A DNA stretch of 64,000 bases from Monocercomonoides exilis PA203. Lineage: Eukaryota > Protista > Preaxostyla. The DNA is taken from contig LSRY02000070.1 in the NCBI GenBank assembly GCA_001643675.2, positions 1 through 64,000 of the forward strand, given 5' to 3'. The notes beneath the pieces were generated by a model that had not been told where the DNA came from, ran no database searches, and was given only the letters and a program-made list of their open reading frames with translations. The translations under genes were made by a program, and so were the position numbers. This document shows, piece after piece, positions 27,401 through 42,204 of this stretch (the first letter of the stretch is position 1; each line of letters begins with the position of its first letter).

Positions 27401-30400
27401 TCCTCCTTCTCTTTCATCACACTCCATTTTCATTTCATCTTCTTCTTCTCAAGTGACTCTGTCTCAATGTTCTCTTTCTCTTCAAAAACCTTCATCAGAA
27501 TTGACATTTTTATTCTTATCAGTTGAGACAGGGATCCTGATAATCGACAAATTCTCAGCTTCATCGATTTATTTGAGGAGAAATCCGCTGATCTCGTTGA
27601 CAGGAAGCGGAACAAATACAAAGTTGGTGGACGCTCTGTGGCTGAACATGACGAAATGCAATTTCACAAAAATCGAAAGAGCAGCTGGAAATGGAGGCTG
27701 TGTGAGCATAGACAACAGCGATGATGAAAATACAAACACACAAATAAATATTGAAGAATGTGATTTTGATGAATGCTCTGTGCTTGCTGATGAAAGCAGA
27801 GGAGGGGCAATCAATGCTCAGCTGAAAGGGAATACTCAATTGAATATTGTTTCGTGCACATTCACAGGATGCACAGCACCAGCAGAAGAAGAGAAGATTG
27901 GCTTTGGTGGAGGGATGGCGCTGAAGTTGATTGATGAATATTCTTCATTTGTGATATCATCCCCTGTTTTTGATTTGGAAAAACCAAATATTGCAAAATA
28001 TGGAAATGATCTTTTTGTTGAATCATCCAACTTGACGAAGAGCATCACAAATGACTCACTTCCATATGTTTCTGAGCATCTTGCTGATATTTCATTGAAT
28101 TCAATGAGAGGATTTGATGGAAATGATACAGCGAATGCAATTCCACTGGTCAATTTCTGGCGAGCGATTGGATCAGAGATATTTGTTGGAGGTGAAGGGA
28201 AAGATATGGGTGCCTGTGGATTCTCAGATTATCCTTGCCTTTCAATTGATTATTCACTAACACGATTGCTTGAAGGAAATGAAAGGATTATCAGCATCAT
28301 TGGAAAAGGAATTCTTCAGAAAAGTGTTGATCTCAGCGGGGTTTCAATAAATTCGAACGACAGTGAAGCCTGCTCTTTGGAATGTCTCTCTTCAGTTGAA
28401 GGAACAGAGGAAGAAGCAATGAAGATTCAGGGCATTACCAATTTCGAACTGATAAACTTTGTGATTCCATCTTCATTCACAAGTGGAGTTAATGTTCTGA
28501 TGCATGTTGGCGCAAGCGATGGATTATTGACTGTGAAAGATTGTTCATTCACAAAAATTGAAGAAAGTGGAGAAGACATGATCAACTTTGGGCTGATCAG
28601 AGCAGATGGAGGAACAGTTCAATTGGAATTGGTGACAATGCAATCGCTGTCTTTTTCAAAGGATGTTATTTCTGTTTTGTCAATAACGATTTTGAGTATC
28701 AAAAACATAACGATGAAGAATGTTGATCTGGAGGGAGCAAGTGGATTGAGCATTTCAAAGAGTTTAAGAAGAGAGAGAAATGAAGATAAACAAGACATTG
28801 TTGTTGAGTGGAGTTTATTTGAAGAAGTGACTCAAAACACAACAGAAAACATCTCGATCATTCGAAATGAAAATGATAATCCATTGAAAATAGTGATTCG
28901 AAACACAACGATGAAGAAATGTGGAGGGTTGAAGTGTGGAAAGGGGGGAGGGATGCTTTGTGTGTTGAATGAGGGAGGAAGCTTCGACTGCTCATTTTGC
29001 ACGATATCTGAGTGCTTCTGCTCCACCACAGGAAGAGGTGGTTGGCTGTTTCTTGAATGCACCTCGAAAGATGAAATGCCTCTGAACTTTGTGTTATCGA
29101 ACATCACATTCAGAGGCAATTCTGCATTCAGAGGGAGAGACGTGTATGTGAGATGCCACTCAATCGATTCACAAATAATTGACGAACAATTCTTGTTGGA
29201 TTTCAGAGCACCATTTGTGAAAGACCTGGCGATATGGGGATGCACATCGGACTCGTTTGTGGGAGAAGAAGATCTTCTGCTGAGAGTCGTAAGATACCAG
29301 AGCGAGACGATCTTTGTATCTTCTGTTGATGAAAATGCAACAGATAGCAAGCAATGTGGAGAGTTTCATTTTCCTTGTGAGTCATTGGATGCTGGAGTGC
29401 AACACATCATCCCTTCACGCTATTCGCAGCTGTTGATATCGGAGCAAACAATCATCAACGGAGAATGCAGTGTGCAGAATGTTAGCATTCACTCATTGGA
29501 AACTCCCTCAGCTGCTTTTGTGTATCTGAACTCAACAATTGATGGGGATGTGGGAAACATCATCACAACAACAGAGATTGTTCGGATTGAAAGATTGAAA
29601 TTCAATTTTGATCAGTCATTTTCCTATTCAGGCAGTTCTCTTATCCATGAAGCAAAAGGCCAGCTCTCTCTTTCATTTGTTGATTTTTCTTCGACATTTG
29701 CATCAGAAAACATTGAAGCTGTTATTCTAAACTCAACATTGCTGAGCATCGAATATGGAATTGTGCACGTTGACAACTGCTTAGTATCGTTCCTTTCATT
29801 CAAAAAGCCATCATTATTGTTTAATGGCGATGAGATAAATATTACGAATGTGAAACTGGAACAAATTGAAGCAACAACAAATGTATTTGAGATTGGACAA
29901 TGCAAAGAAGTTGTATTAAATAGAATTGATACAAATGGAGTGAATCTGTCTGAAGGTTGCATCATTGTGATAAACGATTTGCCATCAGGAACAGTTTCTA
30001 TTGGAATCTCCTCATTCAACAACTGTTCAAGACATTCAGAAAGCGCTTCAATTCTCTCAGCTTCATCAACGTCTGCTCATTTGGAGTTTTCAAACTGTTC
30101 TTGCACAAATTGCAATTCCTTGTCTGACAAAGGAAGTGTTGTTGAGGTTTATGATATGAAGGATGTTTCGATGCACATGTGTGAGTTTGAAGGAGTGCAA
30201 ATAAAAGAAATTGAAAAAGAGAGAAATAATAATTATGAAGAAATATGTGAATGGAATGGATCACTTGTCCATTCAGCAAATTCTTCGTTGGTAATGAAGG
30301 ATGTGATTATTTTGAATTCTTCATCGGGCGGATTATCATTGTCATCTGGAGATGTGACAATCGAGAAAGGAGAGTTTATGAACAACAATCCATTCATTGA

Positions 30401-32234
30401 AAAATATCCCTCGGCTCGGAGAAACATCATTTGCTCGGGTCCTTCCTCACTGACCATTTCAAGCTTGAAAGGGGGTGACGGACAAGAGAAGAATTCTTCT
30501 CTTTGGATTTTGAATGATGGATGCACTCTCGAAGGATTAGCAGGAGAAAGGTCATCGCCTTTCTTCATTCCCAAATTGGAAGATGTTTCAGTGAACGAAA
30601 ATGGAAGTCATATTGTTGTGAAATTCGAGGGATCTCTTTTTGTGCCTTGTGACTTGTCATTCAAACTTGTATATAAAACAGGGGATGTGGAGTTGGTCGA
30701 GACATATCAGTTTGAGGAAGACAGTTTCATATCAGAAACTGAGGTGATTGGAAGAGTTCCATCAGAAAATATTTCAAAGACAGGAGATGAAACAGAGGTG
30801 TCTGTGATGATTTTGTTTGGAAAACAATTGGCTTCCACTTCTCCACAGATACTGAAGAACAAAACAGAATCAAATGACAAAGGAGATGAAAGGATTGTTG
30901 AAGGAGGAAAAGAAGGGAAATCATATTGGTTGTTGATTGTGATTGTTCTTGTTGTGATAATATTGATTGTTCTCATCGTCGCAATAGCCTTTATTGTGAG
31001 ATGGAGAAATTCAAAAGAAGAAGCTAAAAAATACAAGGAGATAGTTGATGATAATATTAAGAAGGATCCGAAGGTGTTTGAGATGGTGACAATGGAGATG
31101 TCTCCCGAGGAGCAGTGGAGAAGAGCAGAGAAAGAGGCAGAGAAGAAGAATGAAGAAAGGATAAAGAAGAGAATATACGAGAAAAGCTTGGGACATTCAG
31201 AGTCATCAGAGCATCTTCTGTCTGAGAGTGGTTCAACTGAATACATCCTGGGGAGAGACTCAGACAAGATCCCTCAATGGGTTCTGGAGAAGGTTGAGGA
31301 AGAAAAGATAAGGAAGCGAACTCCATCGCCTTCTATTTCATCAACATGCTCAACTGATTCTGATTCAACATTTGTTCGAGAGGAGGATCTGTGTCCAACA
31401 ACCTCATCGATGTCTAATCTCGTGGACGCAATGGCCTGTTCATCGCCTCATGAGAAGCTGATTGTGGATCTGAGAGATTCACTGTTCATGTTGCTTCATG
31501 GGAGGAACAAGACAAAGGAGATGGCGATTGGGACTCTGCAGGAGAGGGAGCAGACAGCTGCCCAAATCCTGTTCTGGGTTGCGAATGGAGCTCTCCACTC
31601 CTTTGATGAAATGGAAAATTCACTTCAATCATTAGCCAATTTGAGTCCTCACATTGTATTGTTCTCTGAGCACATGGTCATCTGCATTGTTATGCATTCA
31701 GATCTTTTATCAGATGACTCTGATTCTTCTTCCATCTCCTCATCAACTGTTGTGACTTCTACCAGCGATGATGATGATGAAGACTCTCTGCCCTCATCTG
31801 CGTTTGAAGAGGATGATTATTACAAAAAAGAGTGCCTGAGGTGGAAGGCACCAGAGCTGTTGATCAACAAGAAGATGGGAGCAACAAAGGAGTCAGTGTC
31901 ATTCTCGATTGGGATGATGCTGTGGGAGTGCTTGACGCTCCAGATCCCGTTTGGCGATTATGAGGCAGAGGTGGCAGGACAGAAGATAGCGAATGGAGAG
32001 AGACCGAACATGGAGATAATTAGTGAATCTCGAATGAAGGGAATGGTTGAAAAAGCGATGAGCATGAACGCAGAGCATCGCCACTCATTGTCACAGATCA
32101 AGCGGGAGTTTGTGGAATTGTTTCCGCAAAGTGCAATGGTATTCACAATGACAGATGCGATCTGTTTGGTGGGACGAAGTGAGAGAATTGATTCTGCAAA
32201 CGAAAGAGAATCTGGAGATGCATTTAATTTGTGA
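24495..32234 (+). CDS. Receptor-like protein copy R, ~2562 aa: signal peptide, Cys-rich pectin-lyase/Pmp-like beta-helix ectodomain, single TM, degenerate protein-kinase-like domain
   Basis: Exon 1 24495-24588 (MRMHLCILACLILGKTFEA..., signal-like); 51-nt intron 24589-24639 (GT..AG) joins in frame to the 2509-aa ORF. Repeated GGA(I/L) and FxxC/N motifs, CG....PC module starts, TM WLLIVIVLVVIILIVLIVAIAFIV (~30927-30998), then RWKAPELL, FSIGMMLWECLTLQIPF and GERP. Confidence 0.92.
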
Positions 32235-33602
32235 TGATGTTTGTTGGCTTTGAACTGTTTGATTTTGAAGTGATGTTGTTGGATCAAAATTGTTTTTCTG
32301 CCTGTCTTTGGCTGTTATTCTTCTGTAATTATCTTTTTGCTCATGATCAAATATGGACTTTGGAATATGTATTTTTTGGAAAAGAAATAAAAAATAGAAT
32401 AATTGTGTGGTTTTATGTTTTCATGTGGAATTTTCAGTTATTTGTTTTTGTTGTAATTGTATGAAACACTTCTTTTTGAGAGAGTTGAAGAATTGAAATT
32501 TATTTGTTCGCTTGCGTATTCCCTGATGAGAATCCCAGGCCTCTGCACATCATTCAGCATTTGCAAGTTATTTTATGTGTTTTTGTGAAAAATCTGACTT
32601 TTATTTCTACATTTATATTTTTTCGTTATTGACTGAATGTTGGAAATTGAAAGAGATTTTTCGTTCATGAATAACCAACCTCAATTGAAATATTATTTCT
32701 AAGATTTTGCAATTTGCATTTGTTTTGTTCTGTTTTGTTGCAATTCTGATCAAAGATTAGCAGTTGAAATGGTTTATTCCAGATTTTATTAAAACTGTCA
32801 ATTTTTTGATAAACCTTTTTTCGTTGCTCATTGCTCGTCACTAATTTGTATATTCATGTAACTCTTTCACATTTGTAACTCAATTGTTTATATTTCAAAT
32901 TCATTTCATGTTTTCATTCACCCAACTTGTTTTAAGGTTTTAATTTTTTCCACAATTCAAACAAATAATAAAATATTGATTCAAAGAAATTAGAAAAACA
33001 AACTTTGTCAGCGAACAGACAGATTCCAATGGCCTTTTTTGAGATCCAGGAGATGAGTGATTTTCAATTACCAAGCTTCAATCTGTCCAAAAACAATCTT
33101 TCAAATAAATCCAATTTGATTCAACTTCCAATTTTAACTGGAGATAAAGAAGCATGAGGCTTGGTTCAATACAAACGAAATTCACTCTGATGTTGCATTA
33201 TTTTTCGTTTTTATTAAAAAAAAGATTCAAATTGAACGTCACAATTTCGGTGATTTTTTCTTTTTTCTATTTAAAAAAAAAACACAAAATAAAAAAATTA
33301 AAATTTATATTAAGTTTGAAATAACTAATAAGGATTGAAAGAAAGAATTGTTTTACAATTTCTTTTGAAACAATATTTATTTAACTAAAAATGTATTTAT
33401 CGTTTAAATTAATTTTTGTCTTCAAAAAATAAGCAAGCAACTCGTTTTCTTTTGTTCATTCCTCTCAAAAAGCAACGCCAAATCACCGCTCCAGCTTTGC
33501 TGCTCAGCAACAACACCAAACGGAACACAGAATTATGAAACAGCAAATGCAACCAAGAACAACAACTGTCTCATTTATACTCCATGCTCCAAAAGAACTT
33601 GT

Positions 33603-34359
33603 ATGGAATCTTCTGCGAATACACTTCGTTCTTCTTTTATTTTATCGTTGTTATGTTATTCTTCCTTAATATCATCTTCCTCCTCCACCTCCCCTGCCCT
33701 CTCCCTCTCTCTCACCAACTGCACCATGACCAACATCAACTCAGAACAGTTCAGCCAACAGGCTGCCACCAATGGCGGATGCATCTCATTCGCCTCATCT
33801 GTCCCTGCCAACTCGTTTTCAGTAAGTGACACAAATATCTCCACCTGCTCTGTGAGCGAGGATACAAGTTCTGGAGGAAGAGGCGGTGCTCTCATGATCG
33901 AGTTCAATGAAGGCTCACAAGTGTCAGAATCCTCCTTTTCCATCACCAATATTGTGTTTTCAGCCAACAAGGCCAGCGTCGGAAGAGATGTGTATTTTGT
34001 GCGTGAATCATTTGTCGCTTCTGTGAAGGAACCCTTGTTCGCCTTCATGGGAAGCATCACTCAGAAAGACAACTCAGCTGTTGGACATAACAGAACAGAA
34101 GCGATTGGAATTTCGATTTATAAATCTTTATCAACGGGAATACAGCTGACAATGGACATGTGGATGGAATGCCTTGCATCAAAGCAATAAATTGCTGGCT
34201 ATCAAAGATGCACCGCAAGAGGACACGCAATGCGAAGGGGCTTCTGAAGAAGGTGCAGATCATAAGGCTGATATTATTTTATGCGATGATTTGTCGGTGA
34301 AAATATGTGCAAACGAAGGCAAGGTCGAAGAAAGTTGGGGAGATGTTATACAAAATTGA
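33603..34359 (+). pseudogene. Fragment of a beta-helix/GGA-repeat surface-protein paralog (right-arm copy)
   Basis: Mirror of 3939-4695; the same disruptions are present in both arms. Confidence 0.6.
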
Positions 34360-37300
34360 AGAATACGTCTAATATGTGTATTTGATGAAATCAACATTGC
34401 TTGTCGGGCATTTATTCTCTTCTTTCATAGAATTTTCCATTAAATATGCCTTTTCAAATATATAAGTTTCCCTCATCGTTTCATCTTCTCCGATATATTG
34501 AAGGCGTGTGACGTTGTGTAACCTGCCGAACGCTATTTTTGAGCTCATTCATTTCACAAAGGGATTGATCTAATGCTCTTTCTTTTTTTATTTGTTCTTC
34601 TTTCAGCTTCCAAATTACAAAAAAGAAAGAAAATATCGTCCTCCTTTTCTGATTGCATGCCTTCTGATAGGCCTTTCTGAGTTCAAAATAACTCGTTTCA
34701 TTGGCGCGTCACTTTTGCTGAATTTTTGCGAGTGAAGGAATTTTTCTTTTTCGATTCTAAATGGAAATGATAGATGAGGCCTGAAGTTGAATTTGGGAGG
34801 AAGTTGAATGAAATGAAAAAAACATCATTATTTTTGTTGATCATCGAAGAAGACGTTGAAGAAGAAGAAGAAGATCGCAATGAAATGAATTTGCCAAAAG
34901 GATATTTCATCTTCAGAATTGTGAATGAAAAGTTTCAAGAAGGCTCATTCATCCATTTATCAGAAGAGTCGAAGAAAAGCGAATAAAACAATTATTTGAT
35001 CTATTTGTTTAAGCCTCTCATTGAATGGCAAAAGCACATCAGAATCAAAGCGTTTCAACTTAATGCTGAATAAAATGAAATAACAAATATTGAAGTTGAA
35101 GGAGAATATTCAAGCAGAGCAAAGAATAACGAAATCATGCTTTAAATACGATGTATTTGTTTCACTTTTTATAATTTTGAAGTTACGAGGAATAAGAGGA
35201 AGAAGAAGAAGATAATGATGATGCGTTAACTAATGAAATGGTAGCGAAAGGATGAGAAGAAGAAGAAGAAGAAGAAGAAGAATAGAATTTTTTAAGAGGG
35301 ATACGATGTGCAACTTTATTGACAGTGTTGTTTTTATTGAATTAAGAATTGCCAATGAAGGCGAGCAATCACAAGAAATTGATAGAAATTGAAGATATAA
35401 GCTGAAGCTATGAAGAAAATGTCGAAGGGGGAAAAGATGAATTAACAGAAGAAGAAGTGGAAGAAGTGGAAGAAGAGGAAGAGGAAGAAGAAGAGGAAGA
35501 AGAGGAAGAAGAAGAGGAAGAAGAGGAAGAAGGGAGAATTGAAGGTATTGAAGGAAGAATAAGTTGTAGAGAAGATAAAAATTAGAATGAGAAAAGGAAG
35601 AATGCGAAGATTCCACCATCATCTTTCACAAAAGGTTGGATTTTCTTATCGAAGAAAAGGATGATGAAGTTGTTACTAACGCAGATGTTGATGATGATTA
35701 TGATTTATCATTTCCTTCATTTTCTTCATTTTCTTCTTCTTCTTCTTCTTCTTTATAACGATATTTTCTTCTTCTCTTTCTCTTCATCTCCTTCTCCTTC
35801 TCCTTCTTCTCCCTCTTCTCCTTCTTTTCCTTCTTTCCCTTTCTTCCCTTTCTTCCCCTTCGTCTTTCTCTTCTCTCTCTTCTCTTTCTTTTCCTTCGCA
35901 TCTGTCAGCAAACTCTCTTCACTGATGAAGCCTTTCCATTCAGTTTGATGTCTCTTTTCTTCATCCTTAAGCTTTTCAACATCAATGGAATATCACCCAG
36001 TGTTATTCAAGCGATTAAACTGTGCTGGTTGAAGGAAAGGTGGAAAGACCCTTTCAAAGGCAGTTGACGCTAAAAACACAGGAAGACAAGCACAACGAAG
36101 ACGAACGCATTAACAAGCGACTGCATTTTCCTTGGATGGACTTGGTGATAATCTACAGAAAGAACTAGTTTTGAGTGAAAAATTTTAAAAATTTGCAAAA
36201 GAAATCAGAAAAGAAAAAGAAAGAAAAAGAAAAAGAAAAATAAGAAATTCATCGATACAATGCAATTCTAAAATGAGACAATGCCTTTTTATAAGAAAAC
36301 TCGTCTTCTCGCCTCTCTGATTGAAGAAGTCTGTCTTTTAACATATCTTCCCCGTCGTTTCTTTTTATTAACTGAAGTCAAAAGAGCAACAATTCAACAC
36401 AAAATGAAAAAGTGAAAAAGAAAACATGAAATTATCATTGCAAAAAAAGGAAGATTTATTTCAATTTTTTGAAATTACCTTCTTTCTTATTTAAATAAAA
36501 ATTGTTTAAATGTAACATAAATTTGATAATACACCTTAATATAATCAAGCATTTCAATTGTAGTCTGGTCTGTCTTGTCGGGTTCGCTTCGGCATCGCTC
36601 GAATTATTTCATGACTTGCTCAGAAATCCACTCTGAAATCGGAGAAACGATGAAAATCAGCAAAACAACCCAAAACGATGAATTTCAACAAAATGCAACA
36701 AGAGTCTTTACAGATAAATACACATTAAGTGGAAATCACCGTCAAACGATAAATGCGTTGAAATGAATTCAAACTCCTGAATGTGCTTGTTTCTGCATGT
36801 TGTATAAATCTTCCTTCGCCATCTCGAGTTTTGTTCATCTTTATATTGCTTCAAAGCCTTTTGGAATAGAATCTCTTTCATAACACGATTTGCGTTGATG
36901 TCCATTGTGGTTATGAAACTGCCTCTAAGAAATCCAACTATCATTCGCCCGAGCTTCAAAAATACGTGGATTGATGAAAGCTTGATTCCCTTCATCAATC
37001 CTCCTTCATCCTGAACAACCCACTCAAGAAAGGAACTAATGACAAAAGTATCCTTATAGCTTGTAGCTTCACTCAACATATTAATTTTGAAGCAACCACA
37101 GAAGCCAGTAAATGCTTTGATATAACATAAAAAATCATTTTGATGAAATAAAGCCTCAATATTACTCTAAATGTTAGCACATAAATTAAAACATCAACGT
37201 TTGTTTTTTCATTTGGAGGGGAATGAAGTATATGCACGATTAATGAACAAACTGTTGCTTTTTTGTCTCTTCTTCCAAATGTTCTTTTCAAAGTCTTTTC

Positions 37301-37662
37301 TTTTCTTCTTCATGTGGTCAATAATGTTAAAATAGAAAAATAATGATATTTGAAGTCAACTATATGTGGCAAATATCCCAACATGTTCAAAGTTTTCAAT
37401 CGAAATTCCATCCATTTCAATGAAATGAATTATTGTTGGCTCGATCACAACGAAATTTAATTCTTTCGTATTCGACTTAATATAGCCTGTCTCGTTGGCT
37501 TCTTTGTGATTTCTTTTTTAACATAGATTTTTTTTCAACTAGTCAAAGGAATTGAGTTTGGACTTTATCTTTGTTTTGTCAATTTTCGACAATATTGTTT
37601 TTGTTTTTCTGTTTTTCATTTGAAATTTTGCGGCAAGTTGATCTTTACTAAAAATAGACAGA

Positions 37663-39115
37663 ATGGAAATGTATGATGAAGATAAATCCAATGATGATGT
37701 TCAGGAGCAATCACTTGCAGATAAGTTTTTAAGTTTGTTCATATTTTCTATTTTTTGAATGTTCAGCGCTTTCCCTCATTAATTAATTTTTGAGAATTGT
37801 TTTCTGAGCTTGAAGATTGCAATGAGGAAGAGCAGAAACAGAAAATCGAAGAAATGAATAGATTGATGGAAGAAACGGATGATGAGAAAATCTTGTATGT
37901 TTTTAAGAAAGAGTTGTTTGATAGAATAAACAACATGATTAATGAAGAGAAATTATCACTTGAGAAATGCACTTTGTTTTTGAAGTGCGTTGGATATTGC
38001 AAAGCGTTGAAAGATATATGGAATGATGGATTTCAGTTTTCTTCGTTGAAGAGAAGATTTGAGGAGATGATTGTAAAAGAAGATGAGAAAAAGGAAGGAA
38101 AGGATGAAAAGCTAATTACTGATCTTGGTGAATGCAATTTATTTTTTGGAGGGTCAACATCTTTGGAATTGAATTCTATTTGCGTGCCTTGTCTGCTGAA
38201 AGTTGCTTTGAATAAGGAGGAAAACGAGGAAGCTCAAAAAGAAGTGGAAATGGCACTTCTGGCATTGAGTTGCATTTTCTCGCATTTCGTTTGAACATTT
38301 CTTTTTTATTTTTGAAATATTTTCTAATTTTTCTTATTTTTGAACAGAACATAGGAAGAGATCTTTTCCTGAACGAGATGAAAGAAATCATCCAATATCA
38401 TGAAAAGCGTCACAATTTGACACGGCTTGCCTATCAGTCTGCTTGGTGGTTTTTGATTATTCTATCATTCAAAGATCAAAAAACAATAGAAGTTATTGTG
38501 GATGAGCTGCATTTTGAAAGAGAGGCAGCAAGAGAATTGGATGAGCTGATGCAAAGCGTGGATTGGAAGAAGAAAGAAGAAGAGGAAATAAAAGGAAAAG
38601 GGAAGAATGAAGAACTTGTTTTGAAAAGATGGCTGCAAATGTTTGATAATTTCTTTGTCACATGCAGAAAATGGAATGAAGAATGCTCGGGGATTGTTGA
38701 GAGTATTGTTCAGGTACTTCGAGCAGCGAATGACTATCGCAGAGAAATCTACAAAACATGCATATATTTGTTAAGAACATCAGCAGAAAAAAGAGTTGTG
38801 AAAGTTGATGCCTTGCTGAAAAGTGGTGCCATTGATGCTGTTTTAGAGGAAATTCAGCAACCAACGGTAGATGACGAAATAAAATATGAAATCTTGCAAT
38901 TTTTTGATGCAATTTCAAGGAGATTGAAAGAAGAGGAAAAAGATGAAAAAAAAGATGCGAAAAGAAAGGTTACGAAAATGGAGATGTTTGACAAGTTGGA
39001 AGAAGTAGGATACGAAGATGTCATCATAAGTTTTCATGGAACAATTGATTTTCTTAGCAAAAAATATCATTTTAGATTGTCATTGAATGTTTCTGATTGT
39101 TTTGTGAATATCTGA
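37663..39115 (+). CDS. Uncharacterised ~443-aa acidic/helical multigene-family protein, two introns
   Basis: ATG 37663; introns 37733-37794 (GT..GAG) and 38289-38347 (GT..CAG) join ORFs 37797-38294 and 38270-39115 in frame. Shares CVPCLLK.AL.KEENEEAQKEVEMALLALS, HNLTRLAYQSA and LLKSGAIDA with 45167-46629. Confidence 0.8.
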
Positions 39116-39732
39116 GGAAATGAAATGCTTTGTATTTTGTAACTCAAACTTTTCATTTTTCTTTTTTCAACATTTCACATCGTTGAGAGTAAACAGTCGT
39201 TTGAATCTTTAATGAAAGAATTTTTTTTTTCCAAAGCTTCGAAATGTAATTAAGCAACAAAAAATTAAAAGGAAAAGGAAAAGATGAGCAAAATCACGTC
39301 GTGGGTGATAAATTTTTTTGGATAGGCCACAGCTCAACAGGCAATTACAACCAGTTTTTTCAAGAATTTGTATGGGAAAGAAATGTGTCTTCTTTGATAA
39401 TTTTCTTTTTCTTTCTTTCTTCTTCTTCTTCTTTTCCATTTTGCTTTCCCTTTCCATGCATAGCGTTGTGTTTTTTCATTATCTTCCGTCTTTTCCCAAT
39501 CACTCAAAGACAATAAGCAATCAATGATTGATTGTCTTTCCGATCAAATTGTGGATGTTGTATTTTGTGTTGCTGACAAAGCTTCCATCTGATGCAAGTG
39601 CTCTCTCAAAAAGGCACTTTGTTGCAGAAATAGCTCTTCAGTCTTCAATTTTCACTATCACCTTCATTTTCATCATTCACCTCTTCTACAGCTACATGTT
39701 ACCCTTCTTTACAGCTCATTTCGAAAAAGAAA

Positions 39733-39798
39733 AGAAATGAAATGAAATGAAATGAAATGAAATGAAATGAAAAGAAAAGAAAAGAAAAGAAAAGAAAA
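39733..39798. repeat. Compound pentanucleotide repeat (GAAAT)n-(GAAAA)n
   Basis: Direct reading. Confidence 0.9.
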
Positions 39799-42204
39799 AA
39801 TAACAGTTGCAGAATCTGCGTCAGATGAGCAGTCTTGTAACCTTCTTGTGGAAATAGCTTTTTCCTGGTGCATCGACTTCGGTTGCATGGAGCAACATCG
39901 AAAGACACATGTGATATTGCTCTGTCTAATGCTCCAATTCGTCTTTGGTTCTTCTGACTTTCATGTTGCCAGCTACACACAAAAACTTCACTGAAGCAAA
40001 GAAAGCTGGAATGAGCTGTCTGCTGATGCAAATCCATAGCTGATTGTGGTAGTTCAGTTATTTTCCTCAATTTTCTTTGATTTCATTGCGATGGAAAGGA
40101 CAAAATAAAAGATTTGTCAAAACGTAATGGAATGTGCTAAAATTAGTGATTATGATAATGATATTCATCCACAATTTGTCTGATCCTCAAGAGATGGCTG
40201 AGGCTATTGCACGTAATTGTATTGGGCTGTTCACAGTTTGATGCAGGAAATGATGAAGTTCGATGAAGTGACTGCGAAAATTTTGAAGAAGAATTTTTCG
40301 CCAAACCAGAATCAGTTTGCTCATTTGAAGAAGATGAGGATGAGGAGGAAGAAGAAGAAAAAGAAGTAAACGATGATAATGTTGCAGAAGAAAAAGAAGA
40401 AAAAGAAGAATTAACGTTATTTATAGAAGAAGGAGTGAAATGTTCTGAATATAGCTGTAGGAGAAATGGAATCTTGTTTATTTCATTTCTCCGAATGAGA
40501 ATGTTCTAATCAGCTTATTTTGGAATTCATGGGAAGATGATGACAGATTAGAAGTAACAAAACAGCAAACAAAAAGATAAGAAAAAAAGAAAGAAGGAGA
40601 GAAATAAGATGAAAAGGAAGATGAAAATGAGGGTGAGGAAAAGAAAAGGTAGAAGAAGGTGAAGAAGGTGAAGAAGGTGAAGAAGGTGAAAGAGAAGAAG
40701 AAGAAGAAGAAATTGATGATGAAGAAGAAGAAGAAAAAGGAAGAGAAGGAGAACAAGGTTGAGGAAGTTGAGGATGAATGAATGAATTTGGCTGAGAGAA
40801 GGAGGAGGAGGAAGAAAATAACATGATTTGATATTAATTATTCTCAGAAGAAGTTGAAAAGGAAGAAGAATTGAAAACGCGGCTGAAGGAATTCATTGTG
40901 TTTTTGTGTCTGACAGAAGAATCTGAATTAATCAAAAACAAGATCAGCTCGAATGACTGTGAAAAGCATGTTCTTCAGAGAGCACATCAGCTGTTGGAGT
41001 GCAATGAGTGAGTGGCAGCACTCTCAGCGAAGGTGAAGATAAAGACGAAGATGCAGAAGACAAAGCATTTGGAGAGTTGCAGCAAACATTCATGAAACAA
41101 GCATTCCTTTTGAAAGTGCTATTCAAAAGAGAAAATGGAATGATTGCAATGACTTTTGAATGAATTCTCGATAGCATTAAATGCATTTGCAATCAGCTTG
41201 TAATTCCGAAAATTTTGGAAATGCTTCAGGATTGCAAAAGGAAGACTGTACAGGCTCAAAAAAATCCTAACAATATATATCGGAACGCCTTTGATCCGCA
41301 TCTTCGTTCTTTTTGAGTAGCAAATTCAAATGTGATTGTAACATTGTTTTCAGAAACAAAAAAATAAAAAAAGACTATTAAGGCTTGTTTCCTGCACAAA
41401 TCTCAGAAGAAAGGGAATCTTTGATGCATTTCTCATAAACTTCACCTTTCAACTGAAATCGTCATCGGATGAAGGCATCTTGAGCATTCTATAATTCGTA
41501 AAAAAGCAACCAAACATCTTTTGACTCTTGAGCTTTTGTATGCATGCTGCATTCTGACTTTCCGTTGCAGCTTGTCTTTTGATTTTTCTCCAAATAATCC
41601 ATTTCAAAATCTGATATTCCATTTAAGTGATGAAGCATTCATCCTTGATCCTCTATCATTCAGCTTGCTTTTGCTCTTGCTCTATTGTTAACATAGGCTG
41701 ATTCCATTGTCCAATCAATTCATTTTGGTTTTCAGAAATTCATTTCTTTTGATCGTTAGCAGTCCAATGAGTCTTTTGAAACAAATGAAAACTTCAGTAA
41801 TTCACAGAATGCTCCAAGCAGATGAGCAATGGTTGTTCACTTTTTCATCCTTATTTTTCCTCAACGGAAGTCAAATCTTTTCTCTTCAAGAATTTGGCAT
41901 TTCCTGTTCTCTGATTCTCTCTAGCAAAATTCCATTTCAATGTAGAAATAATTTCAATTCAAAATCCAGGAGAAAACATCTCAGGAAGAGCTCTTTCACT
42001 CAGTTTAAAAAAATGTTTGAAAACAATTATTTGTTGGTTTGATCAGTAATTTTTTTTTTTTTTTTTCGGACCGTCTAATGATTATAAAACTTGATTTATC
42101 ACAGAGGAATTAATTATTCATTTATCATTTGTTTGATTAGCTGCAGACCTTTTCATAAAGGTTGTTCATTGAAATTAACAATGTGTTAATTTTTTTTTTA
42201 TGTT

